Positions 11,700 to 25,399 of a DNA stretch of 64,000 nucleotides are shown here, piece by piece. The DNA is from Lama glama (lineage: Eukaryota): contig CM052816.1 of NCBI GenBank assembly GCA_028534125.1, forward strand, positions 60,700,001 through 60,764,000. The letters run 5' to 3'. Every line of letters begins with the position of its first letter. The first letter of the stretch is position 1. The notes beneath the pieces are model-generated. The model did not search any database. It was not told where the DNA came from and saw only the letters and a program-made list of their open reading frames with translations. Both the position numbers and the translations under genes were made by a program.

Positions 11700-12810
11700 A
11701 GCACCTGGGCGACTACAGCTTAAATGCCCGAGGGCAATCTCTTCCCCAGACTAGAAGACAGTTCATTTCACCACCTCGCCAGTTCTCCCTTTTGAGGAAA
11801 TCTGACTTTCTCATCCAGTAATCCACCCTGCATCATGACTTCATATGTAAAACTGCTTTCAAAATGGGCTAGGTTTACAAAGCAAGGCTTATCAAAAGTT
11901 CCCTTTTCTAGTTAGGATTTTTTAAAAAAGAGATATAAAATAACGTCACTTTCCACTAGCAGAAAAGCAAGGCAGTAATTTTAGATGTGAATACATGCCC
12001 TTGAGAGTGTTTTTGTTTTGTTTTTTTTTACAAGGAAGAGCAAGGAAAGCGCTGGATTAGAAGGTAAAAGCCAATCAAGTCATAGGTTGTGAGTGACCTG
12101 AAAACACAGCAACGTGGGGAAAATAAAGTCGACAAAAATAAAAGAATGGTGGGAGAAAATAAGAAGAAAACAAAATGCTACTAAAGAAAACGAGAGAAGA
12201 AAAAAGTCTGAATCAGACTGCATCTAAGAGAGAGCGAAGTGTTTAAAGTCAACGGGGGGAAAAAGGGAGCACACAGATGATTTCAATAACAGAACTAGGG
12301 AAATGTCGGTCCTATAGTTGGAAAAAAGATTTTTTTTGTTGTAATATTTACGGTGAGTGAAACAATTTAAAAGCAGCGTCTTGTACCTCGTTGGGTCCCC
12401 TGGGAGTTATCAATACATAGCTGTCGACTAACAAAAGCTAGGGAGGGAGGTTCTTGGAAGAAGCTGAAGAGTGCAGAGGAGGAAGGACAAAGAAATTCAG
12501 CTGGATTACAAAAAGAGGAGCGTCTGTTACCCATACCTGACCTATGACATACTGACATAGTTTAGGGATGTGTTTACCCCGTGTGCTCCCTCCGCTGGCT
12601 CACAGAGGGTGGGGATGGGGAGAACCACACTCTGAAAGGCCTCCTACCTGACTTTCTAGGGGATCACACGGAAGAATGTCTCCTCGTATGATCCGTTCCT
12701 TCACTCTTTTTCTTTCTCGATTCAGCGCTAGAAACGTAAGATGAAGTTACAGAAAACCGTGTATACAATTTATGAAGTAAACAGGCCTTCTAGTTATTTT
12801 CAACGTCTTC
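11700..12810. promoter_or_regulatory. Candidate promoter/first-exon region
   Basis: No recognisable repeats; about 25 CpGs in ~1.1 kb by eye; CCAAT (12069-12077), DR1 TGACCT-A-TGACAT (12538-12550), FOX TGTTTAC (12571-12577); minus-strand splice signals. Confidence 0.4.
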
Positions 12811-13199
12811 TGTCTTCACCATTTGTGAAGATTCAGAGGTGATGTTTGTTTATCTAGGAAGGGCATCTATTTCAGTCTTTGGAGGAAGAGGACAAATGAC
12901 AACTCTTTGTCCTCAATCAGGCATAACCTAAATTTTACTTAATTGTAATTAATTTAATTTTACTAAAATAAAATCAAGAACAGTGTGTTTACTTGAGAAC
13001 CACATTTTCAATAATGTTTTCTACTTCTTGTGAATCTTCTAATGCTTTTTCTAATAAATTGCTGAGTTAAAAATTGCAGATATGTCCAACAAAAAGACAT
13101 TGAAATGTTGTTATCTGCTTCATATGACCATTTTCCTGTTATGCCTTATGAGGCAAAGATGTCCTGGATTATTTGCTTTAAAATAACCCACTAGGGAAT

Positions 13200-13900
13200 A
13201 GAGGTTTGGAGGTTATAGGCAAAACAAGATTGGCATGTGTTGATAATTGTTGAAGTTGGTAATAGGAGAAAGTTCATTATTCTATTCTGTTTTTGTAATT
13301 AAGTAAAATGTATATACAAATATGTTCACAGTAACAATGTTTATAACACCAAAAAAGTAGAAATAACTGGATTATTTAATAATAGAGAATGGCTAAAAAA
13401 TTAGAAATGATGATTTTTTTAAATTAAATTATCATAAAAGTAAATTATCATATGGCCACCAAAGAAAAATCATGTTTTCAATGAATATTTAATGACATGG
13501 AATAATGCTTACAATATGCTAAGTGAAAAATCTGGGTGGAAATCCATATGTATAGTATGATACCAATTTTTTTTAATATAAATATTTGGGATAAGATTCT
13601 TCAGGCTGGCCCTATTCTAATTTTCATCCTAAGAAAAAAAATCAGAAATACACACAAAAAAGTTAGGTATACAGATGCTCGTTATAGAGTTTATTATAAT
13701 TTTAAAAATAAGAGACAATTTAGAAACTGGTCAATTTAATATATGCCTACTTAGTGGAAGGCTATACAGTCATTAAAAGACACATTTTTTGAAGATATTT
13801 AATGAAATTGAAAAATGTTTGTAAAATGACGTCAAGTTAAACAGCACAATACTCAAACTCTATATAATAGCATGGTTCACATTTATTGAAAAGGGAATCA
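13200..13900 (+). mobile_element. Ancient L1ME-type 3' fragments
   Basis: aaaacaagattggcatgtgttgataattgttgaagttgg; atgttcacagtaacaatgtttataacacc; atttaatgacatgg. Confidence 0.6.
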
Positions 13901-14734
13901 AATTTAGAGTTAGGTAATGAGGAATTTTAAAATTTCACATATAAGGGCCAACAACTGAAGCAGAAGGTAATTTTCAAGGTTAGAGTTATTCTAAGGTTAG
14001 GATTAAGTCATAGATGGAAATTTAATAGCACTCCTACAGATTTTTAAGTTCTTTTCTAAAATACATGAGTCCAATCAAAGTAGGCTCTCTGACCCAGGCT
14101 TTAAAGCAAAATCTCTTCTGGACAATATGGTAAGTAAAGAATTCCTGATATGAGCTTCTTGGTCCCTGTCCCTCGCCCTCAGTCCTAGGCTGAAGCTTCC
14201 TGGCTTGTGATATTTTGATGACCAACTAGATACCCACTTCTTTCTTGAGCCCCACTATTGCTTCTCCCAGGTGAGGTACCTTCTTAATCTTTGTCTCTGG
14301 GGTTGACAGAAGAGACCCACAGACCTGGCCTTGGCACTGGCACTTAGCATCCATGACCTGTCCTCCTCTGCAGCTGGGAGATACTCTCAGGCGGGCATTT
14401 TCTTTTCTTGGCTTTGTGTAGTTAGGAGATGAACCTAAGTGGGTCAGTAAATAAAGGGTCACTTTTTCTTAAATCCCTACCTGTCTTTATATTTGTCCAA
14501 TGTGGGACTTTTGACATTCCTTTTAGAGGACTGCCCATGCTCATAAATTTGGAACAGGAGACTCTAAAGCACGATTATGCCCTGATTGCTTACTCTTTCA
14601 CCACAACTGCTCAGCATCCGTGCTCATTCAATAATCATCCATTCTTGCTCATAGCTTGGTAAAGTGACAAGGAATAAATGATCCAAGTAATGTGATATAT
14701 CTGGAGGGCAAATCAGTCCTAAAACCACCCCTCT

Positions 14735-14755
14735 ACACACACACACACACACACA
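14735..14755. repeat. (AC)10 microsatellite
   Basis: Directly visible. Confidence 0.95.
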
Positions 14756-14799
14756 TCCACATACACATATACACATGTCAGATAATCCCCACTATAAAA

Positions 14800-15229
14800 A
14801 TAGCTCTTAAAAATCAACCAACAAAGAAAAACCCATTAACCTCTGATAGAAAATGGGGTAAAGGGCATAAAGAGATCATTATACTAAAGAAGAACCCAAA
14901 AGGCCAATACGTGTCAAAAAGAATTATTTAAGCTCAGTGGTAATTAAAGAAAGATCTATTAAAAGACAGTTAAACATCCTGTCTGCCTATCAACGTAGTG
15001 ACTTTTATTAAATGACAGTGTTCAGTTGCAGCAAGAGAGTAGCATCCTGGGTCCTACCGTGTCCTGGGGTGTGGGAGTACAGAAGTGTAAACTTTCTGGG
15101 AAGCAGTTCAGGAGGACATACCAAGAAACAGCAAGAGGTTTGTTTTCTTTCACGTAGTAGTTTAATTTCTAGGAATCTGATATGAGGAAATACCAGCTAT
15201 GTTGACAAAGATTTAAGTACAAGCTTGTC

Positions 15230-15283
<54 letters not shown>

Positions 15284-15990
15284 CAGAAGTACTTATAATG
15301 GTAAGGAATCAGATACAATCTACCTGTGCAGTTGTAAGAGACTGGTTAAATTGGGGTATGATTATATTGGAATGTTATGTAGCCATAAAAGCAATCATAT
15401 TGACAGGCCAACCTCTATTCATCCTTTAGCTATCTGCTCAGTTCTAGAAAGTCCTCCCAGGCAGGAGCTACTCTCACATTTTCTATTCCATGTTATACTA
15501 CCTACTTCTGTTCCATTAAAGTTGCTCTTTATTTGCATGTCTTCCCATTTGACTACAAACTCCAAGAGGGCATGGGTCAGGTCTATTTTTTAATTAAATA
15601 AATCCCAAGTGCCTGGGAAAATGCCTGACACATTGTAAGCACTTAATAAATAGTTGCTGAATAAATATTAAATAATTTGAGGAAATTGTCATGATAAAAC
15701 CTCAGGCTAAAAAATAAAACAAGATAACAAAAATGTGTATAAAATCTGATCCAAACTTAGAAGATAAAGAAAGAGGAGATATTATGTGTATGTATATAAT
15801 CATATTTATTTATATAATTATTTTATACATATAAATATATATGGAGAAGAAACAAAACTGCTTATATTTGAGTACTATCTGGGTGGTATGGATATAAGTC
15901 ATTATTATTCTCCTTTTTAAACTCCTATACATACATTTTCTGCAAAGGGCATGTATTTATTACTTTCGTAAATAGAGACAAAATTTTTAC
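14800..15990 (+). mobile_element. Ancient L1ME fragments interrupted by an L2 3' end (~15420-15665)
   Basis: gatagaaaatggggtaaaggg..aactttctgggaagcagtt..ttctaggaatct; L2 end gcctgacacattgtaagcacttaataaatagttgctgaat. Confidence 0.55.
15235..15276. repeat. (TA)21 microsatellite
   Basis: Directly visible. Confidence 0.97.
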
Positions 15991-17339
15991 AAATTCCCAA
16001 CATAAAACTGAGTGAAAGAGCTCCAGAACTAAGTTTCAATTCATTTTCAATTACTGAATCATTTGGGTTATTTTTCTTATCCTTAAATTCTTCATCCTTT
16101 CTTTTTGAAAGAAAAGAAAAAGATTTTTACTATTAACATCATTTTAGAAAACAAATGGAATGTGAAAATTGTACTGTCTTCTAATCTCCTGGGAGACTGT
16201 GTCTGTGTGTGCATGCATGTGTTTGTGTGTACATGTATTTGCCACTAGGATTTTCTAGGTCTGAAACTAAACTCAGTTATCACTGACAATGACTGTTCAT
16301 GCCACCTACTCAGACTGGGTGTGTTTGGAAACTCGCCCTGCAAACCGGGTGAGCTAACAAGTTTCCCATCGTGCCTTCTCTGCTCACTGTGCATTCCAAT
16401 GTGCAGAGGTAGCTGCCCCAGCTGCTCTCGTTACCATTTTAAAAATGCAACAACACAACAATCTATAGGAAGAATGAAGCCTTTGAAGCTGGAATCACTA
16501 AATATTCACGCTATCACTTGAAAATTAAACAAAGACAATTTTCCCTCTAAAATATGTAGGTATGGATTATCTGAACTTTAATTCCTTACTTTTTATAGAT
16601 ACTGTTAACTATGATTTATGATACTATGAAATGTGATTTCTTTATTTCAGTATTTATACACAACACTGAACACTTGTTCAAATGCCATAAATGACAAAGG
16701 GGACATTTTGAAGGTCAAAAAGGACTTCAAGGACAAAGAAGATAATGGAACAGGATAAAGAGAGAAGTGTCTCAGGATGAATAGAGAAGGGCACTTAGTT
16801 AAAGGAGCACTGCCCTGACCCTTTAACAGCTGAGTCTTCCCTGAAGGAGGTCACTAACTCGAAAATCCTTATCATAGCCACTCGGAGGAGCAGCACCCAC
16901 CTTGCCCCCCCTCATGTGGGGAAGTGGCGCCTCATCTTCCTCCAGATTTCACCAGCCCTCTATGCCCCAGCCTCCCAGACTTTGCAGGCCTGTGGATGAC
17001 CTCCAAGATGAATCAGCAGAGTGGAGCTGAGGGCTTGTATGATTTGTGCACAAGAGCCCAGCGTGTCCTGGGAAGTACAAGGAAGAATGCTTGGTCCCTC
17101 CCAAGACTGAAAGCAGGAACCATGCGGCATTTGGTCTGCAGAATGAAGCAACCCGCTGTGATCATATCTGGCTCCACTGCATAGACCCCAAGTACCTACT
17201 TCTGAATTGGATGCTGCCGTTTTGAATTATAATGGGCTCTACAGTCAAGTTACATAATCCTATGAATTAGGAAAAGAGATGGTGTGAGTGTGTGGGTGGG
17301 GAACAGCTTACGCTCTTCACTCAGAGTGGGGATCCTAAC

Positions 17340-17880
17340 AATTCACTGTTTTTTCTACGTCACTCCCTTCAAGATTTATCAAGTATGTTGTTAATACCTT
17401 TTGGAAGACATTATCAAAAGTCTCAAAATGAAAACAAAAATTTATAAATTTGACCCAGCCAATGCTTTTCTTGAAAATTACTCTAAGGAAATAATCAATG
17501 CACAAATACTTATGTAAAAGGGTTTTCATCAAAGTGTTGTTTATGATACCAAACTATAAGAAACAACCTATGAAGCTTGATGAAATAAATGACAGTATAT
17601 ACACATAATAAAATATTGTTGATGTGTTAGATAGTATAACACAGTCATCTTTATTATTAACTTAGAAAGAGGTCCAGACTTTGTTAAGTGAAAAATTTAG
17701 GTTAAAAATAGGATGCATGGTATGATCCCATTAAATTTTAACATATACACAGAAAACAGTCTAGAAGGTTCTATGCCAAAATATTAGCAATATTTATCTC
17801 TGGAAGTATTGTGGGTAAATATCACTCTTCTTTGTATCTTTATACACTGACAGAACAGTGCATAAAATAAAGCAAGTGAA
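17340..17880 (+). mobile_element. Ancient L1ME 3' fragment
   Basis: tttgacccagccaatgcttttcttgaaaattactctaaggaaataatc..ttcatcaaagtgttgtttat. Confidence 0.6.
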
Positions 17881-19239
17881 AAAGAATCCACGCCTGCCTT
17901 TTGGAACACAGGAAGGTTTTTACTTGAATGATCATTCAAACAGCCTAATATCCCATGTTTCTGTGTAACATCCTGTTTGTGTCTGTACTGGGATGCAGCA
18001 TGGTCCTGGCCTGAGTTTGGACCAAGCAGTAGGTATACAGATATGACATACTTTATTCTCCAACTTACTAGCTCCGGGGTGTCAGGAAATCATCCTGACC
18101 ACAAGTTGAATAAAACGGGTCCAAACAACATTAGCATCTTATCTCCATGCTGTCAGTATGTGCCCATAATCTTGCGATTGCAATCTGGCAACCTCATGGA
18201 TGAACAGTTCTATTCATCAGAAGATTTCTATTCAGGGATTAAAAATACATGGCATGGCTATCACCACCACCTCCTCTTCTTACAACCCTGGCAGACATCA
18301 TTAATCACACTTTGTCCTGTGAACCCAGATGTGACCTCAAAATCCTTTCCAACACAGCTGTGCTCCAGGCAGCCCCTATCAATCATTTATTTCAACTCAA
18401 GTTGAAACCTATTAGCCATATCTGCTCTGATTACTCTGGCTGGAACATTATTATTCCTTTGACTGGTTCCCAGACTATAGAGTTGAGAAGCACGACCACT
18501 TTCTTTCTCTAATGATCCCTCTTCCCTTAAAACGTCTAGAGCTTATAAAGGTGTTACTGACATAACGGTTAATTCTCCAAGCAGCATGTTTTTAAAAGCC
18601 CCCTACCTCCAGCCCCGAGCCAGAGAAAAGAGCTATCTCTTTTCAGGAATTACAGGAAAAAAAAAAACTGAACCCTATCTTCCTGTGATGACTGCATTTA
18701 TATAACATATAAAATAAGAGAATATTAAGAACAGTCACAAATATGAACAGAAAGTAGAACCCCAAAAGGAACATAACAGACTGGAATGGCCAAGGTTGGC
18801 TTCCATGGAACCAAAGCAATAAAGGAATAATTTTTATCTTACATCCACAAAAGTCATACTTCTTCCAAAAGTTTGTCTGAGGAAGGTATTGTGAAATCCC
18901 AAACAGGGAACCTCTCTTTGTAGGACAGGCAAGATCCAGCCTCAGAGAAATGATCACTTGGTAACCTGTATCAATACGGTAGATTAGTTACGTATTTCTA
19001 ACTCCCAGCCTCAAATCTCAAGAAATGGACACACACACACACAGAGTATCAGCCCTGGAAAAGCAGAATTATGTGTTACCAGCAATCCAGAAATGTTGAA
19101 GAAACCCCCAAAAGAAATGATGTGATCACACTAGTTGAGAAAACCACTGCCGAAATCATGTAGAAAAACATAACTAAGAGAGTGGGAGTGGTTTAAAAGG
19201 AACTCCAGAATGTGAGACTATTAAAACTGTCAGAGTAAG

Positions 19240-19600
19240 AAATCAAATATTAATATAAGAAAATTTCCCAGAGCTGAACAGTGACACATGTTCTCAGATT
19301 TAGAGGGCCCACAGAATGCTAAGCAGATTGGAATAGACACATCTTGATGACATTTCAGTATACCAAGGATAAAGAGAGAGTTTCCACAAAGAGAGATGCA
19401 GAGAGAGAAAGAGAGAGAAAAGATCACTTAGAATAAGAATCAATATGGCATCAGACTTCTTATCAGAAACACTGGTTGCTAACAGACAGCAGGAAACCTT
19501 CTCAAAATTTTAAGGGAAAAGTGGATTTTGAACAGAATATTTTGTTCATAGAAACTAACATTCAAGTTAAAGGGCAAAAAAAAAAAGGACCACTTTAAGT
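19240..19600 (+). mobile_element. Old L1/HAL1 ORF1-region fragment
   Basis: aagaaaatttcccagagctgaa..gggcccacagaatg..ggcatcagacttctt..ccttctcaaaattttaagggaaaa. Confidence 0.65.
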
Positions 19601-19764
19601 GTGAGAAATTTGTTGCAATAAAGAATTTATAAAGTTTTAAAATGATGAGGCATTCAGGAAATTGTATTTTACTTTGAGAGGAAGCAGGGTTTTGATTGCT
19701 TTTAAAATAATTCTCAAGAATATTCAGCCAAGTTGCTAAAGATATCTATTTAAAAAAGAAAAAG

Positions 19765-21138
19765 AATGGAGTGAAAGATAGTCTTCTCAACACAAGGTGC
19801 TAGAACAGCTGGACATCCACATGCAAGCTAACAAATCTAGACACAGACCTTACACCTTTCACAAAAAATTTATTCACATTGGATCACAGATCTAAATGCA
19901 AAACAAAAAACTTTAAACTAGAACATAGGAGAAGAACGAGATGACTTCGGGAATGGTGATGACTTTTTAGATGCAATATCAAAGGCATGATCCATGAAAG
20001 AAAATTAATAAGCTAGACTTTATTAAAATTAAAATTTTCTACTCTGCAAAGGACAGTGCCAAGAAAATTGGAAGACAAGCCACAAACTGAGGGAAAATAT
20101 TTGCAAAAGATACACCTGATAAAGGACTGTTATCCAAAACTCAATAATAAGAAACAGTCAGATTAAAAACTAGGCCAAAACCTGAATAGACACCTCACTA
20201 GAAAAGGTATACAGATGTCAAATAAGCATTTGAAAAGATGCTGCATCTCATATGTCACCAGGGAGGTACAAATTAAAACAACAGTGAGATGCCACGACAC
20301 ACCCATGAGAGTGTCCCTAGTCTGGAGCACTAACAACAACAGATGTTGGTGGGGTGTGGAGCCACAGGGACTCTTACTCATTGCTGATGGAAGTGCAGAG
20401 GTGCAGCCACTTTGGAAGACAGTTCGGCAGCTTCTTACAAAATTAAACATACTGCTACCATATGATCCAGCAATCATGCTCCTTGATATTTACGCAAAGG
20501 AACTGAAAACTTATGCCCAGATAAAGACCTATACATGAATATTTATAACAGCTTTATTAAGAATTGCCGAAACTGGAAATTACCAACATGTTCTTCAGTA
20601 TCCAAGTGAATGGATAAATAAACTTCGGTACATCCAGACAATGGGATATTATTCAGTGCTAAAAAGAAATGAGCTATCAAACCATGAGAAAACATGGAAG
20701 AACCTTAAAAGACATATTAGAAGTGAAAGAAGCCAATCTGAAAAGACTACATATATTATGGTTCCAACTATATGACATCCTGGAAAAGGTAAAACTATGG
20801 AGATAGTAAAAATATCAGAGAGGATTTTTAGGACACTGAAAATGCTCTGGATGGCACTACAGTGATGATACGTGTCTTTATACATTTGTCCAAACCTACA
20901 GAATGTACAACACCAAGAGTGAACTGTCATGTAAACTATGGACTCTGGGTGACAGTGACATGCCAACGTAGGTTCATCAGTTGTAACAAATGTACCACTA
21001 TGCTGGGGGTGGTGGGGGATGTTGATAAGGGGGGAGGTTATACATGGGTCGGGGTGGGGAGTATATGGGAACTCTCTGAACCTTCCTTTTAATCTTGCTG
21101 CGAACCTAAAACTGCTCTTAAAAAATCAAATCTTAAAA
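19765..21138 (+). mobile_element. L1MC1-like LINE-1 (decayed ORF2 C-terminus and 3' UTR)
   Basis: ORF 20215-20538 (KRCCISYVTREVQIKTTVRCH..PLWKTVRQLL..LPYDPAI) is the L1 ORF2 C-terminus; 3' UTR gaatgtacaacaccaagagtgaac..aacctaaaactgctct. Confidence 0.92.
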
Positions 21139-21689
21139 GATGATTGCAAATGAAAGGAAGAGAGATGGGCTGGTGAGGAGGGGAGAAAGAAAGAGGAAGG
21201 AAAGGAGGGATGGAGGAAGGGGAGGGTTGGAAACAACTACTTTGAGCAGCTTAGTTAAGGAGCAGTGAAAAGTTATTACCCTCTGACATCCATTTAGTGA
21301 TATGTGAAATGTGCCGGTTCTGAAGTCCAGTTTCCTGTATTTGGAATTTGGGGGTTTACATTCTCAGAAGATATGGCAAGTGCTCTGTGCTTGTCCCCTT
21401 TTCCAGGGCACGGGCAAAGGGCAAACAAACAGATCTACTTCCCTACAGACTCTTCATCATTATGAAAAGAATAGCTGGTTTCCTAGGAGGCTGTACAAGG
21501 TCCTCTTTCACTTATGAAATTAGAAGACAGGAAAGGGCAGTGTTTGCCCTACACAGCAGTAGAGCATCGGTTTCCTCGAATAACCACATAGATGTAAAGT
21601 GTCACTCATTTATAGTATTTTCATGACCCTAAAATATGTAAACAGGAACGTGGTCCAAAGGAATCATGAGATAATCCTTTCATAAAATA

Positions 21690-21890
21690 GTAACAGCCAG
21701 CTTTGTGCTCAAAGTGCTCTCACATAATTCTGATGCCACCCTCACGAACAGCCCTGTGAGGTGGGAAGGACAGATATAATTATTATCTATTATTTTATAA
21801 AAGGATAGTTTTCAGCCCAGAGCATTTACTGAAATGTCAAAGAGCACTCAGCAAGTCAGCCAGGCTGGATCCATGAGGATCTTCTGTGTG
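21690..21890 (-). mobile_element. MIR SINE
   Basis: caaagtgctctcacata..cctcacgaacagccctgtgaggtgg..attattatc..attttata. Confidence 0.6.
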
Positions 21891-21994
21891 TCAACACCTA
21901 CTGTTCTGAACACAGACCAAAAGCTGCTAAGTCCCTCAACAGGGAACTTAAGGACTAGGAGGGGGAGACAGGTGAGAAACACATGTCTTAAGTA

Positions 21995-22323
21995 TGTATC
22001 TTAGTCTGATCAGGCTTTTGTAACAAAATACCAGAGACTGGGTGGCTTATAAACAACAGAAATTTGTCTCTCACAGTTCTGGAGGCTGGGAGCCTGCGAT
22101 CGGCATGCCAGCATGATGGAGTGAGGGAGTCTCTCCCAGGTCGCTGACTCCTCTCTGTGCTCTCACAAGGCAGAGGGGTGAGGGATCTCTCTGGAACCTC
22201 TTTTATAAAGACATTCATAGCATTCACCTCCCAAAGTCACCACTCCTCAATACCACCACCTTTGGGGGTTAAGATTTGCATCTATAAATTTGGGATGGGG
22301 TCACAAACATTCAGAACACAGCA
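21995..22323 (-). mobile_element. MaLR LTR (MLT1A/A0-like)
   Basis: aacaaaataccagagactgggtggcttataaacaacagaaattt..cacagttctggaggctggga..cacaaacattcagaacacagca. Confidence 0.88.
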
Positions 22324-22700
22324 CATATAGATAATTTCAGGCACTGGTCAATGCCACGAGGAGGAAAACTAAGTGGCAGTGTTGAGAAGGAGGCAGGTGT
22401 GTGACGATCTCAGAGAACAGAAACAACCGTAGCAGAGAAACACCTTAAGGCAGGGATGAGCTTGGAAGGTTAGAGGGGTCCAATCAGGACCATTGGAGCT
22501 GGGATCCAGTGAACAGAGAGGAGGCCAGTAGGAAACAAGGTCTGAGAGGTGAGTACAGATCAATCTTGTAGAGCCTTATGAACCACAGTAAGGACTTGGG
22601 GTTTTATTTTAACTGTAGTAGGAAGTTTTGGGAGAGAATGTGGAGAAAAGAGGAATAGGATGAAGGATGAAACCCAAGAGGTATTTCAAAAAAGTTACTT
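22324..22700 (-). mobile_element. L2 fragment
   Basis: gtagagccttatgaaccacagtaaggacttggggttttatttt..ggaagttttggg. Confidence 0.6.
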
Positions 22701-22802
22701 ACAGAGATCAGAGGGTAACCTTGACAATTTGAAAGCTGGATTAGGGTGAAGGTAGGTAAAGGAAGCATCTAGAAACATGTTCAGTTGATTAGTGAGTACA
22801 CC

Positions 22803-23100
22803 TGGGCCATCCAATACCGTAGTCACTGGGTGAGCACTTGAAATGTGGCTCATCGAACTCATACATGTGTAAGTATGAAAATACACAGTGGATTTCAAAG
22901 AATTAATAAAAGAAAGAATGTAAATCCTCATTTGTAATTTTTACATTGATGACCTGTTGAAATAACATTTGGATACATTGGGTTAAATAAAACTATCATT
23001 AAAATTAATCTCACCTCTTTCTTTGTACTTTTTTAATGTGGCTACTAGAAAATTTTAAATTGCACATGTGGCTCATCTTCCATTCCTAGTGGGCTGGTCT
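22803..23100. mobile_element. MER33 hAT-Charlie fossil
   Basis: gagcacttgaaatgtggct..aaatacacagtggatttcaaag..ttgggttaaataaaa..tttaatgtggctactagaaaattttaaatt. Confidence 0.85.
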
Positions 23101-24084
23101 ATAATGTTCTGCCCACAGTCTCATCCTTGTTTTCCTGAAATATCATTGTGGCACATTAAGATAACTTTGAATTTGAGGACTCCATAGGTATTTGCTGCAA
23201 GTCTTTCTAAAGGCATCCATCATGTCCATGACTTAAAGGAAAAGTGCCAATCTTGGGCATGTTGGATACATGCTTACATTCTGCAGTTAGACCTATATTT
23301 TTGGAAACACAATGCCACATGGGTAATTTGAGCCTTGCTGAACTAGAAAACTGTTAAAATTGAAGTACCATACCCTTGATAATTGCAAGACTTAAGATGT
23401 GCTTGCTGACTATGAAAAAAGTTCAATCAAATAAATCCCTTCTTCCATCTGGTGAAATGCAACTTGATTAAATGAAGAGAAACTTAATTATTTAGTAAGG
23501 TCACAATATGAGTTAGTAATTACTTGAGTTTTTCTTTATCATCTATGAGATTCTTAACATACCACAAAAATCAGTTACATCAAATTCTGTTCCCATTGGT
23601 ATTAAGGCAAGAGTTTCCCTTCAGAAATAGAAAACATTTCCTTTGATTAGAGATCATAGAAATAAACTATGTGGAAGCAATTTGGTGAAACTTCCCCATT
23701 TTTCCCTTGCCTCCAGTGAATAAGGTCATTTGAACAAGGTAATACCCCCAAAGGGTTAGAGCTACATAGTTTTTAATGTTTTATGAGACAGGTAACCGGG
23801 CAAATTTTATACAGATCACTGTGAGAATTTTTGTGATCTCAGTATAGAGTTTTCTCTAATGCTTATGATTAAAATATCGAACCCAGAGGTATAGTAAGAG
23901 CTTATTCATCTAGACCATTGAAGCACTGGTTGGCTGTTCCAGAGATGAATTTTCTTAGTGGCTAAGTATTGTACACGTTACTTCTTGTAGCACTAAATTT
24001 TCCCTTCTGAATACACTACCCTGTGGCAGGCTGGCTGCCTTGGCAGAACATGCTAAACACACTTTCATCCTCACTGCGTAACTC

Positions 24085-24240
24085 AGAGAAGCTGCTTGTT
24101 GTAGAAAGATGATTGAAATTGTCTAGAGACTAGGAGTCTGGTGCTGCTATGCCATTAACTTTTCATGTGACTTAGGGAAAGTTACCCAACCTCTCCGGGC
24201 TTCAGTGTTCTCACCTACAGAATAAAGGCATCAGCCTAGA
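24085..24240 (+). mobile_element. MIR SINE
   Basis: tgtgacttagggaaagttacccaacctctccgggcttcagtgttctcacct. Confidence 0.65.
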
Positions 24241-24241
24241 T

Positions 24242-24420
24242 CAGTAGTCCTTAAGTAAACTTCAGCATGCCTCAGAGGGCTTGTTAAACAAATTGCCCAG
24301 CCCTACCCTCAGAGTTTTGGGTGTAGTAGGTCTGAGCTGGGCCTGAGAATTTGCATGTCTGATCATTTCCCAAGGGATGTTGTTACCGCTGTTTGTGGGG
24401 CACTCTGAGGACCCCTGGTC
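24242..24420. mobile_element. MER5A
   Basis: agggcttgttaaacaaattgc..cctcagagtttt..gtaggtctgagctgggcctgagaatttgcat. Confidence 0.8.
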
Positions 24421-25399
24421 ATCTCCGCCATGTCCCTGGTAGCTCGGCCTTTTCTGATGTTACACGTGTTAAGTGGAAGTTTGCTTCTTGGTTTACTCAC
24501 TTGAGGCAGAAATCCCCTAAAGATCTCAGACAGTCTGATAACTCTAAAATAGGATTTCATAAAGCAAAGCAGTCATCAGAAATTTAGACACCTCTAATTC
24601 TGATAAATGGAAACGAGATTATTTTATTAGCATTCTGAGATTCTGTATAAGAAATGCAGTTTGGAGAGGAGATAAGTCAGTATTAATTTCTTTCCTCAAC
24701 GTACCACTTACTGCTTATCCACCTACCCGTTACATCTCAGCTGGAATATAAATTTGGGAAAACATGTAGCCCAGACTGCTCTGTCCCTCCCTGCACAATG
24801 CTCTCGGGCACGAGAGCTTTTCTCCTTGGGTTGCTTCCACAAGGCAATCATGTTTTATTTTTCATTTCTGTTGCAGAAAGCTGAAAATCAAAAAGATTAT
24901 TTAAAATAGTGTGCCGTGAAACTAGCCTTATTAATTCAAATCTTTGCCACGGGAATTGGCCAGCATTTCAGTGTTTTAGCACTAAATCAAACATCTTTCC
25001 TTTCCTATGTCTGATGCAGAATCTAGTTTTTGGTACAGTATAGAGACTTTGAAATGTCCTAAATCATGAAAACTTTAGGAAAGTAAATACTATTCTTAAC
25101 TCTGCTAGGGGTTTGCTAGTGATAGTTGGAGAAGATATTTGTTCTTATTTTAGTTTTGTTTTTTAATTTGTGAAACAAGAATGGAGGTTTCCCTGTACGC
25201 AGTGTTTATCGAGGACATAATTCATTTTAAGCAATATATTTTCTTAAGTTATTGTCTGAAAATGCTGGATTCCCTATCAAAGCAGGTTGTCCCCTTTCAC
25301 CATGTATGCAGCTTCTGAAGGTATAGGCGCCCATGGAGGAAGGCAGCCAGCCAGCTGGAGGTGAGCATTATAGCCCACTCACCTCACACTGAAATATCA

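Noticed and set aside
12367..12558. Assigning a gene name to the candidate first exon (SGCD was considered)
   Set aside because: I could not find the downstream exon I would expect; no gene identity is supportable from sequence alone.
17977..18405. 142-aa ORF
   Set aside because: Non-ATG start, no recognisable domain and no convincing splice structure; consistent with chance.
20163..21092. ORFs resembling known proteins
   Set aside because: Decayed L1 ORF2 C-terminus and 3' UTR, sense and antisense; not host genes.
21003..21230. G-rich and purine-rich tracts with G4 or triplex potential
   Set aside because: Part of the L1MC1 3' UTR and generic low-complexity sequence.
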